This document shows, one piece after another, positions 50,472 through 64,000 of a DNA stretch of 64,000 nt. The notes below the pieces were generated by a model. The model made no database searches and was not told the origin of the DNA. It saw nothing but the letters and a program-made list of their open reading frames with translations. The first letter of the stretch is position 1; each line of letters starts with the position of its first letter. The stretch is from Paraspadella gotoi. Lineage: Eukaryota > Animalia > Chaetognatha. Both the position numbers and the translations under genes were made by a program. The stretch covers positions 18,082,992 to 18,146,991 of the forward strand of contig CM119267.1 in the NCBI GenBank assembly GCA_051294375.1, given 5' to 3'.

Positions 50472-53204
50472 CCGAAAACGAAGCCAAACAAAGGAACCAG
50501 ATAAAATGTGAATATGACGAAGATACCTAAAACGACGACGATGACAACGACGACGTTGATGAAGACGATTGCCACGACATTGTTGTGACTGTCTCGCTAT
50601 GTCTGGGTTTAAAGACATTTAGATACTTCCAAGTTGTTTATTAATTAGTAGATAGACATCGACAATGATTTAGATAAAACTTCTTTTATTATATATTATT
50701 TCTTTTGATGACCACCCCTTTTTCGTCGATGACTTCGGAAACAAGAAAAGGGGCGGTGCTCTTCGTGTTTCTCGATCCTCGTCGTTTGTTTTCGTTAGAT
50801 TTACTGTTATATTTACTGTTAGATTTACTGTTTTCGTTAGTTTCACGTGAATTTTTTTTTCTTTTTTAGTTATTTACCGATATATACATTTAAAAGTTTT
50901 TAAAACCGAACGAGAAAAAAATAAAAATACGAAATCGAGAATATTGGATAGAAAATGTGGCGGGAAAAAAAGGGGCAACGAAAAATCCAAAATAAATCAC
51001 CGAAAATATGGGAGACAAAACGATGTGAATATTTTTTTAAAAGAGGAGGTGCAGAGTTTCGAAAAAAAAGAGAGAGCGAGAGAAAAAAAGTAGGGGAAAG
51101 AATGAAAAAAGGAAAAAAAGATCAAGCGATGGAGGAAGATTCCCTCGGGAATCCTGATGGTGTCGCCACTCGTCTCCCGTAATGTTTCGTCCCCTCGTCC
51201 TCGAATACCTTTCCTTTCTTTTTTATCCTTATTTTTTACTTATTAATGCGTTAATTAACTCGGAACATTTTCCGGTTCTGCTGCAGGAAAATACGGTCGA
51301 TATAACGTCGAGATTTATGCACTTGAAACGTTCATGTTACTGTGAAAAATAACTAAAATATATTTTTTCGCTCGCTCTCTGTGGAACTATTTTAGTTTCT
51401 GTTTTTCTTCCACTTTTTTTTTGTTGCCTTTCGAAACCGTTCCATGTTCACTTTTCTTTCGCGCATGTTTAATGTTACAGTAAATGAAAAGAACAAACTT
51501 GGGTTTTCTCAATAATCTCATGTTTCATAAAACTCGTCCTTTTTCCCCATGGTTCTCACTCTCTACCGCTCACCCCCCCCGCCACCCTCAACAACCCCTT
51601 TTCACCCTCCCACCCCCACATTCGTCTCTTGGAAAAGAAACAAGAAGAAACATCAACTTCGTTTCTCGTTTTTCGTTTTTATCTTCGGAGAGAAAAACAT
51701 AAAAAAACGAATAAAATGATAAATAAAATGAAAAACTTCGATTTTTCGAGCGAATATTGTAGTATTTTTTTAGTAACTATTTTAGTCGCCGTCGATTCAA
51801 GTACGTGTTCTTTTTTATTTAAATTTTTTTCTTTTTTTTTTGTCATTTCGTGCATCTTTTTTTCTCAACATAATTTTTGCCATACCTTCACAATTTCACG
51901 CGTCGGCTCAACTTTGTGAACGAAATATTCTACGTGACTTTTTTTTTCGAAGCCAGACTTCAGACTTCGCTCTGTGAATTTTTCACGACGTTTTCTTTTT
52001 CACAAATCTGATCAAATTTTTCGTCTTTTGCTGACGAATATGAAAAGGGGATTTTCATTGCGGGCGATCGATCCCTTTTTCCTTCTGTACCAAATTCATC
52101 GTTTAGAGTACTTTTCGAATCTGTGCCACACGGTGATCAATGATCGTAGTTATTCACGATCGTACGATCAAGAAAAAAGTAACATAATATATATGTATGT
52201 ACCAATTTCATAATATAAGAAAGATTGATATAAATGTGGCGCACATATGCAGCTGAGGACACGTTGACAACAGGCCGCCACATTTATATCAATATTTCCA
52301 ATAAAATGTAACTTTTTTTTTCTGATGAAGAAAAACAAAAGAAAAAATACTTCCGATAATTTTTGCGCAGGAAAATTCCAATTTTTGTTTTTCTTTTCTT
52401 TCACTTTTTTTTTTTTGAATTTGTTTTTCTCGATTAACGAAGGAGTCAACCGTTTATCTTTACCCCCTGCCGCCTCCGCCGCCGCCACCGCCGCCGCCGC
52501 CGCTTCCGTCGTTCTCATATTCGTCGTCAGGGGGGCTTTGTTTTGCCATGTTTATTGTTTATATTCGTCACTATGGAAACGTGGCATTTCCCGCGTGGCG
52601 TTGAGCGCGTTTCGGAATTGATCTATTGCCGTTTTTCGTCTGGATTTTTTTCCGCGTTTGCAATTGTCTCTCTCTCTCTCTCTCACACCCCCGACTTGTT
52701 CGGCAAAAACCGTTGATGATCTCCTTTCTCTCTCCTCCTTTCTCTCTTCCTCTCTTCTCTCTCTCTCTCTCTCGTCTCTCTCTCTCTCTCTTTCATCTCC
52801 TCGCTCTCTCTCTCTTCTCTCTGCTCTTCTCTCTCTTCTTCTCTTCTCTTCCGATCCTCTATTCAGTTCTTCTTCTCAATCTCTCTCTCGTCTCATCTTT
52901 CTTCTCTCGTCCGAACGGTTGACGCGTCTGATTGATAGTGACGCCAGAAAACGTCAACAACATGAGTAGCGATTGTTTACGTAAGAAAGGGAATGCGAGA
53001 GGGAAAGGCAGAGAGAGCGAGTGAGACAGAGTCGGACAGCTAGAGAAAGAGACATTAATTGATTAAAAAAAGTGTCTTCCGCTCAAATAACTTGAATTTT
53101 CATTATTTTTCACCGATTCAAAGTCTTCCACCGACCTTCCCTAATGACTCTTAATATAATTATTAATTAATTCCCCAAATATATCAGGTTTTCACTAAGT
53201 ACCA

Positions 53205-53382
53205 TGGCAACAGTTGGCGTTAGCGGCTTCGGGCCCTCACTGGCGCCACCCTCCACTGGCGCGGTAAGGCTAATTCTTTCTCGCTTTGCCAACTCAGTGG
53301 GAAGTCACTAGGACGAGAAGGCTCGGTTGGTATGTTTCAAATCAGCGAGGACGGCAGTGAGACGGTGAATATAGCGCCAGCA
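53205..53382 (+). repeat. Diverged structured SINE-like repeat (relative of 22405-22600)
   Basis: Same conserved blocks, followed by a (TA)n-like tail. Confidence 0.6.
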
Positions 53383-53874
53383 TATATAAATATATATAAA
53401 TACATATATATATAAATAAAACGCATAATATAGTATGCTTTTTTAATTGGGAAAAGATTAAGGGATTTAGTTAATATTTGTTTTTACTTTCTGCATTTCG
53501 TATTCGTATCTTTTTCGGATCCTAATCTCCATTACGATGTTATAACGGGTTTTAGTCTCCATTTTCTAAAAGGTTAAAACTGTGAACAATATCATAGTTT
53601 CCCTCCCCATCATAAATACTAAATAGTACGCGCTATCTTTACCAACGCAGGAACCAGTCTCTCGCTGAAAACCAAAACTGGATCAAAGGATCGACAATTC
53701 TCTCTCTCTCTCTTTAAAATATAATTGCGTCGTCCTATACTCCATCCAATGTCATTTCCCGCTGCCCAATCTCATTCTCTCTTCCCATGTCATTATCTTA
53801 AAGTCTCATACTCGATCGACCTTCCCATTTCCTTCCCATCATCTCAAACTCATTTCCCACCGCATTGCCTCAAA

Positions 53875-53989
<115 letters not shown>

Positions 53990-54129
53990 AGAACCAGATA
54001 AAATCTCAATCACCTTTCCCAAGTTGTAGATCCCATCTCGTAATATAAACTAGAATTATCTTCCCCTCATCCCGGTGACCCTTTCAATTTTATCACCTCA
54101 TTGCCTTAAATCTCCATCCACCCTCCCAG

Positions 54130-54385
54130 TCCTCGGAGTTCCCCGTCCTCGCCGCCCTGGACCTCAAAGGCGACGACCCTCGCGTCTGCGCGGTCGACAT
54201 CAAGATCCTCGACGTCGACCTTCCGCCGTTGACGAAGGCGTTGAAGAAGCAGCCGGGGATCGTCATCGTCGATCTCAGGTGGACGACGGGGTTGTCGTTG
54301 TTGTTGTCCTCGTCGTCGTCGTTGTCGCGGTTGTTGAAGTAGAGTAATTTGTGGTAAGATAAGAGATTTTTTTAATATCATTTTA

Positions 54386-54420
<35 letters not shown>

Positions 54421-57400
54421 TATTATTTCTATTATCTGATATATCTGAGATCTAAATCGCGAGTGGATTTTGAGATCCCCTACTACATTTTTAGACTTCA
54501 CTCATTCCAGGCTTTTCCGATTAAGCATTTTTATGTGTAGCTTCTATATTTAGATACCTAGCGCATTCGTATTTTGCCATAAAGAAGAATTAAGGCCCCA
54601 AACTATTTTGTGAAAACAACGAAAATATATATTGATTTGTCGCTCTCGGTTTGTTTGTGTTGCTTATTTGGCGGAAACGATGCCAGCTGCGCAACGCCGT
54701 CGGTGAGTTGATCCTTTGGTCCGTTATTTCGGAAGCTGCCCTTATTTGTTGACGTTTCTGTCGTTGTTTACGAGTGAACGACGACGAACGAGTTGGGTGA
54801 GGTATCCTTAACCTTACCTTTTCGGAATCGTTGGTCAGGTACAACCGAATCACCGACGAAGGAGCTCTCGTCCTCGCGGATTTCTCATCAAAGGAAACTT
54901 CCGGAAAGGGGACTTTTGTTTTTGAGAGAATTGAATCTATGGGGAACGACAATGAAGAGAAGGGAGGTGGTGGAGGGGAGGGGCAGGGAGGAAGGGGGGT
55001 GGGGAGAGGGGGGAAGGAAGAGAACGAAGGGAGGGACGGAGGGAATTGAAGGATAAGAGGGGAGTCGGGGGGGGTGTGAAGGCGGAATGAGAAAGAGGGA
55101 AGTAATGTTGGAAGGTTGTGGGAGATGGGAGAGGAGGGGAAGGGGGAAGGGAAGTGAGGAGGAAGGGAGAGGGAAGGGGGAGGAAAAAGGGGAAGAAAAG
55201 GGGAGGTTGCTGAGGGCGAAGGGATCGGAGAGGAACAGAATGAGGAGGAGAAATTCGAATGAGCTTCCAGAGAGGTACTTAATAAAAGATTATGGGAGTA
55301 AAAGGTTAGATTGTAAGAGAGCTGAATGGTGATTGATGAAAGAGCTGATATTAATGGAGGGAGGAATAAAACGAGAGTGATTAAGCATCAAAAAAAGATT
55401 AGGGAGAGTTTTAAAAACAAGAGAACGGCGTTAATAATATTTGAATACTAAAAATACTAAACAGTAACTCCAGACTTTTTGATTAAGAAAGCGTTGTGGC
55501 CATTGTTTTAATTGGGAATTGCCTGTAGACAAAAAAAAAAAAAGCGCAACTCAAAATGAAAGGAGAAGGAGGATTCTTNNNNNNNNNNNNNNNNNNNNNN
55601 NNNNNNNNNNNNNNNNNNNNNNNNNNNNNNNNNNNNNNNNNNNNNNNNNNNNNNNNNNNNNNNNNNNNNNNNNNNNNNNNNNNNNNNNNNNNNNNNNNNN
55701 NNNNNNNNNNNNNNNNNNNNNNNNNNNNNNNNNNNNNNNNNNNNNNNNNNNNNNNNNNNNNNNNNNNNNNNNNNNNNNNNNNNNNNNNNNNNNNNNNNNN
55801 NNNNNNNNNNNNNNNNNNNNNNNNNNNNNNNNNNNNNNNNNNNNNNNNNNNNNNNNNNNNNNNNNNNNNNNNNNNNNNNNNNNNNNNNNNNNNNNNNNNN
55901 NNNNNNNNNNNNNNNNNNNNNNNNNNNNNNNNNNNNNNNNNNNNNNNNNNNTTTTTTTTTTCTTTTTTCATTTCCTTTTTTTTTCCGCGTCGCACAATCT
56001 TTTCGCAAAAGCTTTTGTTTCGAGGGATGAAGTTTCTCCGTCGGAATCCTAGCGGCAAAGAAAGGAATAATTTTCTGGTCTTCCGCTGCTTTTTTGTTTC
56101 CGTCTTCCGTCNNNNNNNNNNNNNNNNNNNNNNNNNNNNNNNNNNNNNNNNNNNNNNNNNNNNNNNNNNNNNNNNNNNNNNNNNNNNNNNNNNNNNNNNN
56201 NNNNNNNNNNNNNNNNNNNNNNNNNNNNNNNNNNNNNNNNNNNNNNNNNNNNNNNNNNNNNNNNNNNNNNNNNNNNNNNNNNNNNNNNNNNNNNNNNNNN
56301 NNNNNNNNNNNNNNNTTTTTCTTTTCTTTCATTTCCTTTTTTTTAAATATTTTTTTTTCATTTCCTCCATTTCCTCTCTTCATCTCGACTCGTCTTCCTA
56401 TTTTTAAATTCTCCCGCTCATTTTATGATTCTATTCTTTAAATTCTCTTTGTCTCCCTCATTTCTAATTCTATGCTTAGTTGTTTTTTAAATAATGTTAT
56501 TTCAAGAGACCATTTTTTTTCCTCTCTCGTTGCAAACGAAATTTTAAATTAAAGATGGGAATTTTATATTTGAACTCGGCGAATGACTGGGTATGAATAC
56601 AAATGTGAAATTCATTATTTTTTTTTAAAACTTCTTGAAAAAGTGGTAAATTTTTTTTAGCGTTTCACCTGTACTCCATTGCATTGATACGGAAATTAAA
56701 AAAAAAAAGAATCAATTTTCTTTTTAAAAGTAGTGCCTCTTCAAACGTTCCGACTATTCGTAATTAGTTAACTTGTAAGATTTGCTGTCGACCGCCTGAG
56801 GGTTAACGTTCCATCTCGTGAAAGCCCGTGATAAGAGACGTGACCTACATTTGGATACTGATTAATTGGACGCATCCTCTATTCTCATCCTCTTCCTCCT
56901 CCTACTCCTCCTCCTCCTCCTCCCCCATCTTCCAATTTGTTCCGCCGACCCGACGCGGGCTCGCGCTTCGAGATCGTGGCCGTCACCGAGGTTGTGACGC
57001 GACCCAAAAACGTGACAGATGACGTCGATGATAGATTTCCGTCACCGACTCGAAAGTGAATATAGATTACTGTGCCGCAGAGTTGATTCATCTCCGTCTT
57101 CGCGATTGACTTTGGAGAATCAACTGTGGAGTTTTTATATTTTTTTTTATTAGTTTGAAATATTTTTTAAATCATTTCAGCTCAGTCATGTTAGTGTGCG
57201 TCGCATAGTCGCATACTCAACGAAGTCAGTGCTGAATTAAAAAGTTGTAACTAAACTTCTAAAGTTTCGTGTCGAAAATTGATTTGACTTTTATTAATCG
57301 TTTGCCGAGAAGCACACGTCTATAAAATGGTACGTAAGTTCGCTATATATGTATTAAAATGTTCGTTCTCGGTAAATAAAGGCGTCTTTTATAATATCTC

Positions 57401-59742
57401 CCGTTGTGAGGATTCATAAAATATTAATCTCGAAGCAAGACAACGACGACAACGACGACGACAACGACGACGACGACGACTAACGAGATTTAATTTTACG
57501 CCGGAAATAAAACACGAACGAAAATAAGAAAATCGTGATGTTCTTTTTTTTTCAGTTATTTTTTATGCCCAGTGAAAAAGTCTGTGATATTTGAATTTCG
57601 TTTAAAAGGAACATAATAATAATAGTAATCATATTCCTCATGAGTATAGATNNNNNNNNNNNNNNNNNNNNNNNNNNNNNNNNNNNNNNNNNNNNNNNNN
57701 NNNNNNNNNNNNNNNNNNNNNNNNNNNNNNNNNNNNNNNNNNNNNNNNNNNNNNNNNNNNNNNNNNNNNNNNNNNNNNNNNNNNNNNNNNNNNNNNNNNN
57801 NNNNNNNNNNNNNNNNNNNNNNNNNNNNNNNNNNNNNNNNNNNNNNNNNNNNNNNNNNNNNNNNNNNNNNNNNNNNNNNNNNNNNNNNNNNNNNNNNNNN
57901 NNNNNNNNNNNNNNNNNNNNNNNNNNNNNNNNNNNNNNNNNNNNNNNNNNNNNNNNNNNNNNNNNNNNNNNNCCCCCCCCTCCCAAGGTTCGGCCATCGC
58001 CGTCTCCCTCTTCAACAACGAAAACCTGATTCGCCTCCGTCTCAACGGAAATCCGATCGGCAACGCGGGCGGCAACGCCTTCTCCGTTGCCTTGGAAACG
58101 AACCGGCGTCTGATCAGCCTCGATCTCGGCGACACGGGACAGAAGACGGAGTCCATGATCTTCATCGCGGCGGCGCTGAGGGAGAACCACTCGCTCAAGG
58201 CGATTAACGTCAACAATCCCAGGCTCTTCAGGTTGGTTGGCGGACGGGAGTAGGGGCTTCTTAGGGGAAGGGCGGGGGTTGTTGCGGTGGTAGCGGTGAG
58301 ACTGCAGATTTGAGAGATGCTGTTAGGGGGCGAATCCTGCGTACCCCCTAACTGATGGGCGATGAGGACGGTGAGAGATCAAAAGGGATGACACAGAACG
58401 TCACAGCGTGGCAGAATGTCTCGGAACAACCATAGGTTTGGATAGATGGATAGATCACAATGCGAATCTCGAAGAGAAATAGATTGAAGAGGGACGAGAG
58501 AGACTCCGGAGTGAAGACCGATTTTTAATTGGGTTGAGCAATGAGCAATGAGCAATGAGCAGGGTTAGGGTTATTGATAGTTTTTAAGTTAGAGTATGAA
58601 TTATTAAAGTTGTTCAACAATACGGAATTTAAGCCGAGTAGTAAATGGCCGGGATTTTTCTATAAAGTGCTACCTTTAGGTTTAATTTTCGTCTTCTTTA
58701 TCTAAATTTTGTGCTTAGATTTGAATTTCGTAATAAGTAAGAATTTTATCAAATATTAACGCCTAAAATTCTTGTCAACGTAAAATTGTTTTTTTTCTCA
58801 TTTCATTATTTTTTGTTTTGTCTTATTTTTCTGTCTCGTTGAGGACTCATTTTAATTAATTAAAATCACGAGTCGATCTCACATCTTTGATAAAAAAAAA
58901 AAAGAGGATTTCCTTTCTCGATTTAATTAAGATTTAATTAATTTAATTAAGATTGATAAACCATTAACTCATCCAAGCCTTCAAGAGGAGACGAACATCC
59001 ACTTTGCCAAGATGTTGCGCATCAACGACACTCTGACCGAGATTCACCTTCAGAAGAATCGCATGAAATGCTTCGGCGCGGATTGGATCGCCGACAATCT
59101 CCGCACCAACTCCACGTTGAAGTTGCTCGACCTCAGCTGCAACAGGCGCGTTGGNNNNNNNNNNNNNNNNNNNNNNNNNNNNNNNNNNNNNNNNNNNNNN
59201 NNNNNNNNNNNNNNNNNNNNNNNNNNNNNNNNNNNNNNNNNNNNNNNNNNNNNNNNNNNNNNNNNNNNNNNNNNNNNNNNNNNNNNNNNNNNNNNNNNNN
59301 NNNNNNNNNNNNNNNNNNNNNNNNNNNNNNNNNNNNNNNNNNNNNNNNNNNNNNNNNNNNNNNNNNNNNNNNNNNNNNNNNNNNNNNNNNNNNNNNNNNN
59401 NNNNCAATAATTTATCTATTTATTCGAATCAATTTTGTAAATATAAAGTTAAAAAATAAATTAAAAATATAACATTGAAATGAAAAGGTTCCCATGATGT
59501 ATTCTTAATAACAATATTTTGGATTAACAACAGAGCGACTCATTAAATGCTGAAAAACCTTTTTTGGCTTTCCCCTTCCCTATTTCCTTAGGATCGGCGA
59601 CGACGGTTGCCACAGTCTCTCCCTCCACCTCCTGCAGCACAACACCCCGCTCGAGATCCTCGATCTCTCCGTCAACGTCATCACCAACGACGGGGCCTTT
59701 CATCTCGCCAACGCCTTGCTCAAGAATGACAGGCTCAAGATC
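54130..59742 (+). CDS. LRRC34: Leucine-rich repeat-containing protein 34 (RNI-like LRR), partial
   Basis: Exons 54130-54278, 54839-about 54894, 57988-58231, 58978-59145, 59592-59742. Peptides LRLNGNPIGNAGG, LDLGDT, LKAINVNNPRLFSLQEETNIHFAKML and LKLLDLSCNRI match LRRC34 as I recall it. The start, one internal exon and the last exons are missing, in gaps or beyond the window. Confidence 0.85.
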
Positions 59743-61477
59743 GTGAGGGAGATGATTGCGGAGAGACGAGAGGAGAGAGGAAGAGCACCACAGAAGACTG
59801 ATGAGAGAGAGAGAGAGAGAAGAACGAGATACGAGAAGAGGTGAAGAGAACGAGAGACTGGAGTAGAGAGAGACGAGAGATCGTGATATGAGAGAGAGGG
59901 AGAAAGAGGAAGAGATGTGACGAGAGAAGAGAGAAGAAGAGAGAAAAGTAGAGAGAGAGAGAGAGCAGCAGAGAGAGAGAGAACGAGAGAGAGGTAAGAG
60001 ACGTGAGGAGAGAAGATCGAGAGGCCACGAGAGAGAAGGAGATTGGAGAGAGCACGAGAGATGAGAAGAGAGAGAGAGACGAGAGAGAGAGAGAGAGAGA
60101 CGAGAAGAGCAGAGAGACGAGAGTCGAGAGAGAGATGAAGAGAGAGGAGGGGAGAGAGAGAGAAGAGAGAGATCCTTCGAGAGAGAGAAAGACCGAGAGA
60201 GAGAGAATTGGCAAACGGAAATCTTTAAAATTCTATTTTTGGCATAATGAAAAAAGGGAAAGCTGAGTCGGGCAGAAAAGAGAAAAAAAGTTCCTGGAAT
60301 AAAAAAAAAACCTAATGAGATGTCGAACTCAATACAACAATGATTCCAGATTCCAGAAGAAAAACTCTTAATTGGGGTTTTTGTCAGTTGAAGATTCTTT
60401 TTCCCAAGTTCAGACTAGAAAAATTCTTTGGATTAAAATGTTGTCCCATGTGTTTCACTGTGTCGTGTACACTTTTTCATGCAACATTGAGTAATTTTGC
60501 CGGATTTGTTTAATATTTAAGACTGGATTTAGTCACTGTTGTTTTTTAATCTCAAAGGACATTGCCCTAATTTTCCAAAGCGGACGGATTGACAAGCGAA
60601 CGGCGACTTTTTTTTAATTTAAATTTTTAAAAAAAATATTTTTTCCACTTCGCTTTTTTGTTCTTGTTTAAATTTAAAAAAGGAAACTAGTTGGTGTGGC
60701 AAAATAACGAAAGAACCGAAGTGGACAAAAAAGGAAAGATTCATCGCTTAGTTGAAATCGGTTGTCCTTTTTTGCTTCGACTAATGTCAATCTATTGTCT
60801 CTTTTGCATAGGAATCAATTCACCATATCTCTTATCGCGATTAAAAAAGCCTCCTATTAATTCAATTTCGATTACCAAACTTGCTTATTCATTATTTTTC
60901 TATGTCATTCTATTTTATGTATCTGTATAATAATTTGCTAAGAATTTCACAGCTCAATTAATTTTCAATTTCCGAATTCCAATAACCTTTAAGATTCTGA
61001 GCACTATCTCCCCTGCGAGTCTCGAGCTTATCTCTTACCTACAACTTTCTTCCNNNNNNNNNNNNNNNNNNNNNNNNNNNNNNNNNNNNNNNNNNNNNNN
61101 NNNNNNNNNNNNNNNNNNNNNNNNNNNNNNNNNNNNNNNNNNNNNNNNNNNNNNNNNNNNNNNNNNNNNNNNNNNNNNNNNNNNNNNNNNNNNNNNNNNN
61201 NNNNNNNNNNNNNNNNNNNNNNNNNNNNNNNNNNNNNNNNNNNNNNNNNNNNNNNNNNNNNNNNNNNNNNNNNNNNNNNNNNNNNNNNNNNNNNNNNNNN
61301 NNNNNNNNNNNNNNNNNNNNNNNNNNNNNNNNNNNNNNNNNNNNNNNNNNNNNNNGGTTGGGGAAGGGAAGGAAGGGAGCGTAGATAATGTGGAGTCTTT
61401 GGATGGATGGAAGGAAGGAAGAGTGACAAGAAATAAGACCATAGGGGAAATAGAAAGGAATAAAAAAAAATTAGAAA

Positions 61478-61656
61478 ACGAATGAGTGAATAAATAAATG
61501 AACGAACGAATGAATGATTTAATTAAATGTAGGAAGTAATAAGTGAATGAATGAATGCATTAAGAAATGAATGAATGAAGAAATGAATGAATGAATGAAT
61601 AAATGAATAAATAAATTATTGAATGAATGAATGAATGAATGAATGAATGAATTAAT
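61478..61656. repeat. (GAAT)n tetranucleotide microsatellite
   Basis: Degenerate gaatgaat array. Confidence 0.9.
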
Positions 61657-62203
61657 GTAAAAAAAAAGTTTCCCGGGAAACCGGAGCAAAAGCCAGGGGA
61701 AGGAATGACGAACGAATATTCCCGCGCCACAAAGTCCATTAGTTCATCGCGGAGAGAAGTTTAAATATGAATGTGGCGACCACCGTCGGGAGAAAATAAA
61801 AAGGGAAGCATGAATGGAACGGATCGGCAAGAGGGGAGAGGGCGAGGGCGGGAGGACCGAGGACGAGAGGGGGAGAGGAGAGAGAGAGACGAGAGAGAGA
61901 GAGAGAAGGATGAGAGAGAGGGCGAGAGGAGAGAGAGATGAGAACAGGAGCGAGAAAGAGAGAGAGAGAATTAACAAGAGGAAGACATGAATACCGATCT
62001 GGCCAAGAGGGAGAGGGGGAGGGATGGAGAGAGAGAGGGGGAGAGATAGAGAGAGAGAGAGATGAGAGAGGGAAGAAAAGAGGAGGACGAGATGACGAGA
62101 GAGAGAGAATAAGAGGGCGAGAGAGAGAGAGAGACGAGAGACAGAATAAAGAGAGGAAGACCGGAATGACGATCGGACTAAGTGGGAGAGGGGAGGGCGG
62201 GCG

Positions 62204-62240
<37 letters not shown>

Positions 62241-62442
62241 AGAGAGAAGAGACGAGAAGCAAGAGAGAGAGAGAAAAAAGAGGAAGATGAAATGACGTCG
62301 GCTAGAGGGAGAGGGGGAGGGCGGGACAAGAAGGAGGGGGAGGAGAGATAAAGAAGGAGGAGAGAGAGAGAGGAGAGGAAGAGAGAGAGGAGAGAGAAGA
62401 GAGAGCGGAGACGAGGAGAGAGATAAGAGAGAGCGAAAAGAT

Positions 62443-62485
<43 letters not shown>

Positions 62486-63466
62486 ATACAAAGGAAGAGG
62501 ACGAATGAGAAAGAGAAAAGAACCTAGGGACAAAATGGGATAAAAATTGTGGGGATGAAAACGGGAAGAGGAGATAAACGTGGGAAACAAAAAAAAAATG
62601 GGGATAAAAATAAAGAAATTAAAATTGTAGACCAAAATAGAAAGGAAAGAAGAATTGGGGTGATGACAATGAAAAAAAAACTGGTGTCAAACTGATGCCG
62701 AAATGAAAATGAAAAAGAAAATTTTGGCAAATAAAAATAAAAATGAACTTGTAAATCCTACTACGAATTGCTTAATACTAATTCATTATCTCCTGTGCAA
62801 TATGCATGCGATGTCTCTTCAACAACGAAAAAGAAACGATGGTCAAATGTAAAAAGAAGTATGAAGTATAAAATGGAGAGATACGTGAGAAGTGGGGTTC
62901 ACAATGAGTCACATACAGAAACTCCTAATTCCTTAACCCGACCTTAAAAAAAATTAGAAAACGAATGAACAGCGGAAAATGACTCCAATTAATTGGACAT
63001 AATTTGTTATTCAGCGATGGCTTTATTATTTCCGCGCGGACATTGCGCCCCGCGGCTGTTTCTGGCCAACTGTACCGTGTCCTAGTCTTCATCGCCATTG
63101 TCCTCGTCGTTGTTGTCATAATTGTCTCAGTGGACTTTGTCCCTCACCTTTTTCGCTGACGTCATAGTGAGGCTGTGAAAAAAAAGGGGAAAGAAAGGAG
63201 ACCGGAAACGACGACGACGATGACGACGTCGAACCAGACGAGGAGAAATGGGCGCTAATTAGGCTTCAAACTTTGACAAGCTGTTGCCATGACGACGATA
63301 ACGACGACGACGACGAGGATTGCAAAAAAAAAAGGCGTTAATGGATTTTTGGAGTAGAAACTGATTCGATCTCAATTTCTTCGCAATTATCAGAGAAAAA
63401 GTTGCGGACGCATTAGTAGCGTCATTAATGCCATTACGCAATTAGCCTGATTTCTTTTCTTTCTCT

Positions 63467-63497
<31 letters not shown>

Positions 63498-64000
63498 GCT
63501 TCGCCGCCTCCTTTCACGTTCATTAGAGGTCGCTCTCTGTGTCTCGGTCTTCCGTCCCAGGGGTGACAATCTGTCCGTAGAAAAAGAAATTTATTGTTTC
63601 CATTAAAATCGTTTGGGTTCCGATCGAAGGAACCGAAATAGGCGGGCAAGTGACGTGGGTTCAACGGGGAGGGGAGAAGAAAGAACGACGGGTGGGCGGG
63701 GGTCAGTAGAAAGAAAGGAAAGAGCAGAGAGCTGTAAAAAGAAGAGAAAAGGCAGGAAGGGGAAAAAGAAAGAGAAAGAAAGGCGGGGGGAAAGAAAGAA
63801 GATAGGACGAGAAAGGGGGGGAAAAAAGGAAAGGAGTAAAAGTAGAATGAGAAAAAGAAAAGAAAGAAGTAAATTGAAAATGATAGAAATTACGACTGAT
63901 TAACCTGAGCGGAAAGGAAATGAGAGAAGCGGGGAACCGGAATCGCGGCAAAGGAGGAAGTACGAGAAGTTGGGGAGAAAAAGATTCAATTTGTTTATAA

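Noticed and set aside
53225-53275. HDV-like ribozyme in the SINE-like repeat (ccctccactggcgcgg)
   Set aside because: I could not build the P1/P1.1/P2 nested double pseudoknot.

Overview
Eukaryotic, probably invertebrate metazoan, genomic DNA with AT-rich introns, GC-rich exons, abundant (GA)n microsatellites and many N gaps after about 39.8 kb. Spliced genes rebuilt by hand: an SLC6 transporter (+, 3281-9954), a TBC1D24/skywalker TBC+TLDc gene (+, 11746-17352), an orphan single-pass membrane protein (+, 18487-20679), FIP1L1 (+, 21530-23815), a frameshifted C-type lectin remnant (-), an orphan two-TM protein (-, 26476-32657), unassigned coding exons (+, 37.7-47 kb) and a partial LRRC34 (+, 54130-59742). 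Introns hold nested mobile DNA: a hAT-type MITE with an 8-bp TSD, foldback MITEs, Helentron/DINE-like repeats and a CRE-clade retrotransposon relic. The most notable signals are (1) a 224-bp near-perfect palindrome in the SLC6 intron carrying an intact minimal hammerhead ribozyme on each strand, with Penelope-like architecture and a 16-bp flanking duplication; (2) a roughly 235-nt multi-branched structured RNA-like insert in TBC1D24 intron 1 that I cannot assign to any family; (3) a probable internal first exon giving a TLDc-only isoform; (4) an orphan receptor-like protein with a RHIM-like motif. All gene models were made by eye and lack transcript support.
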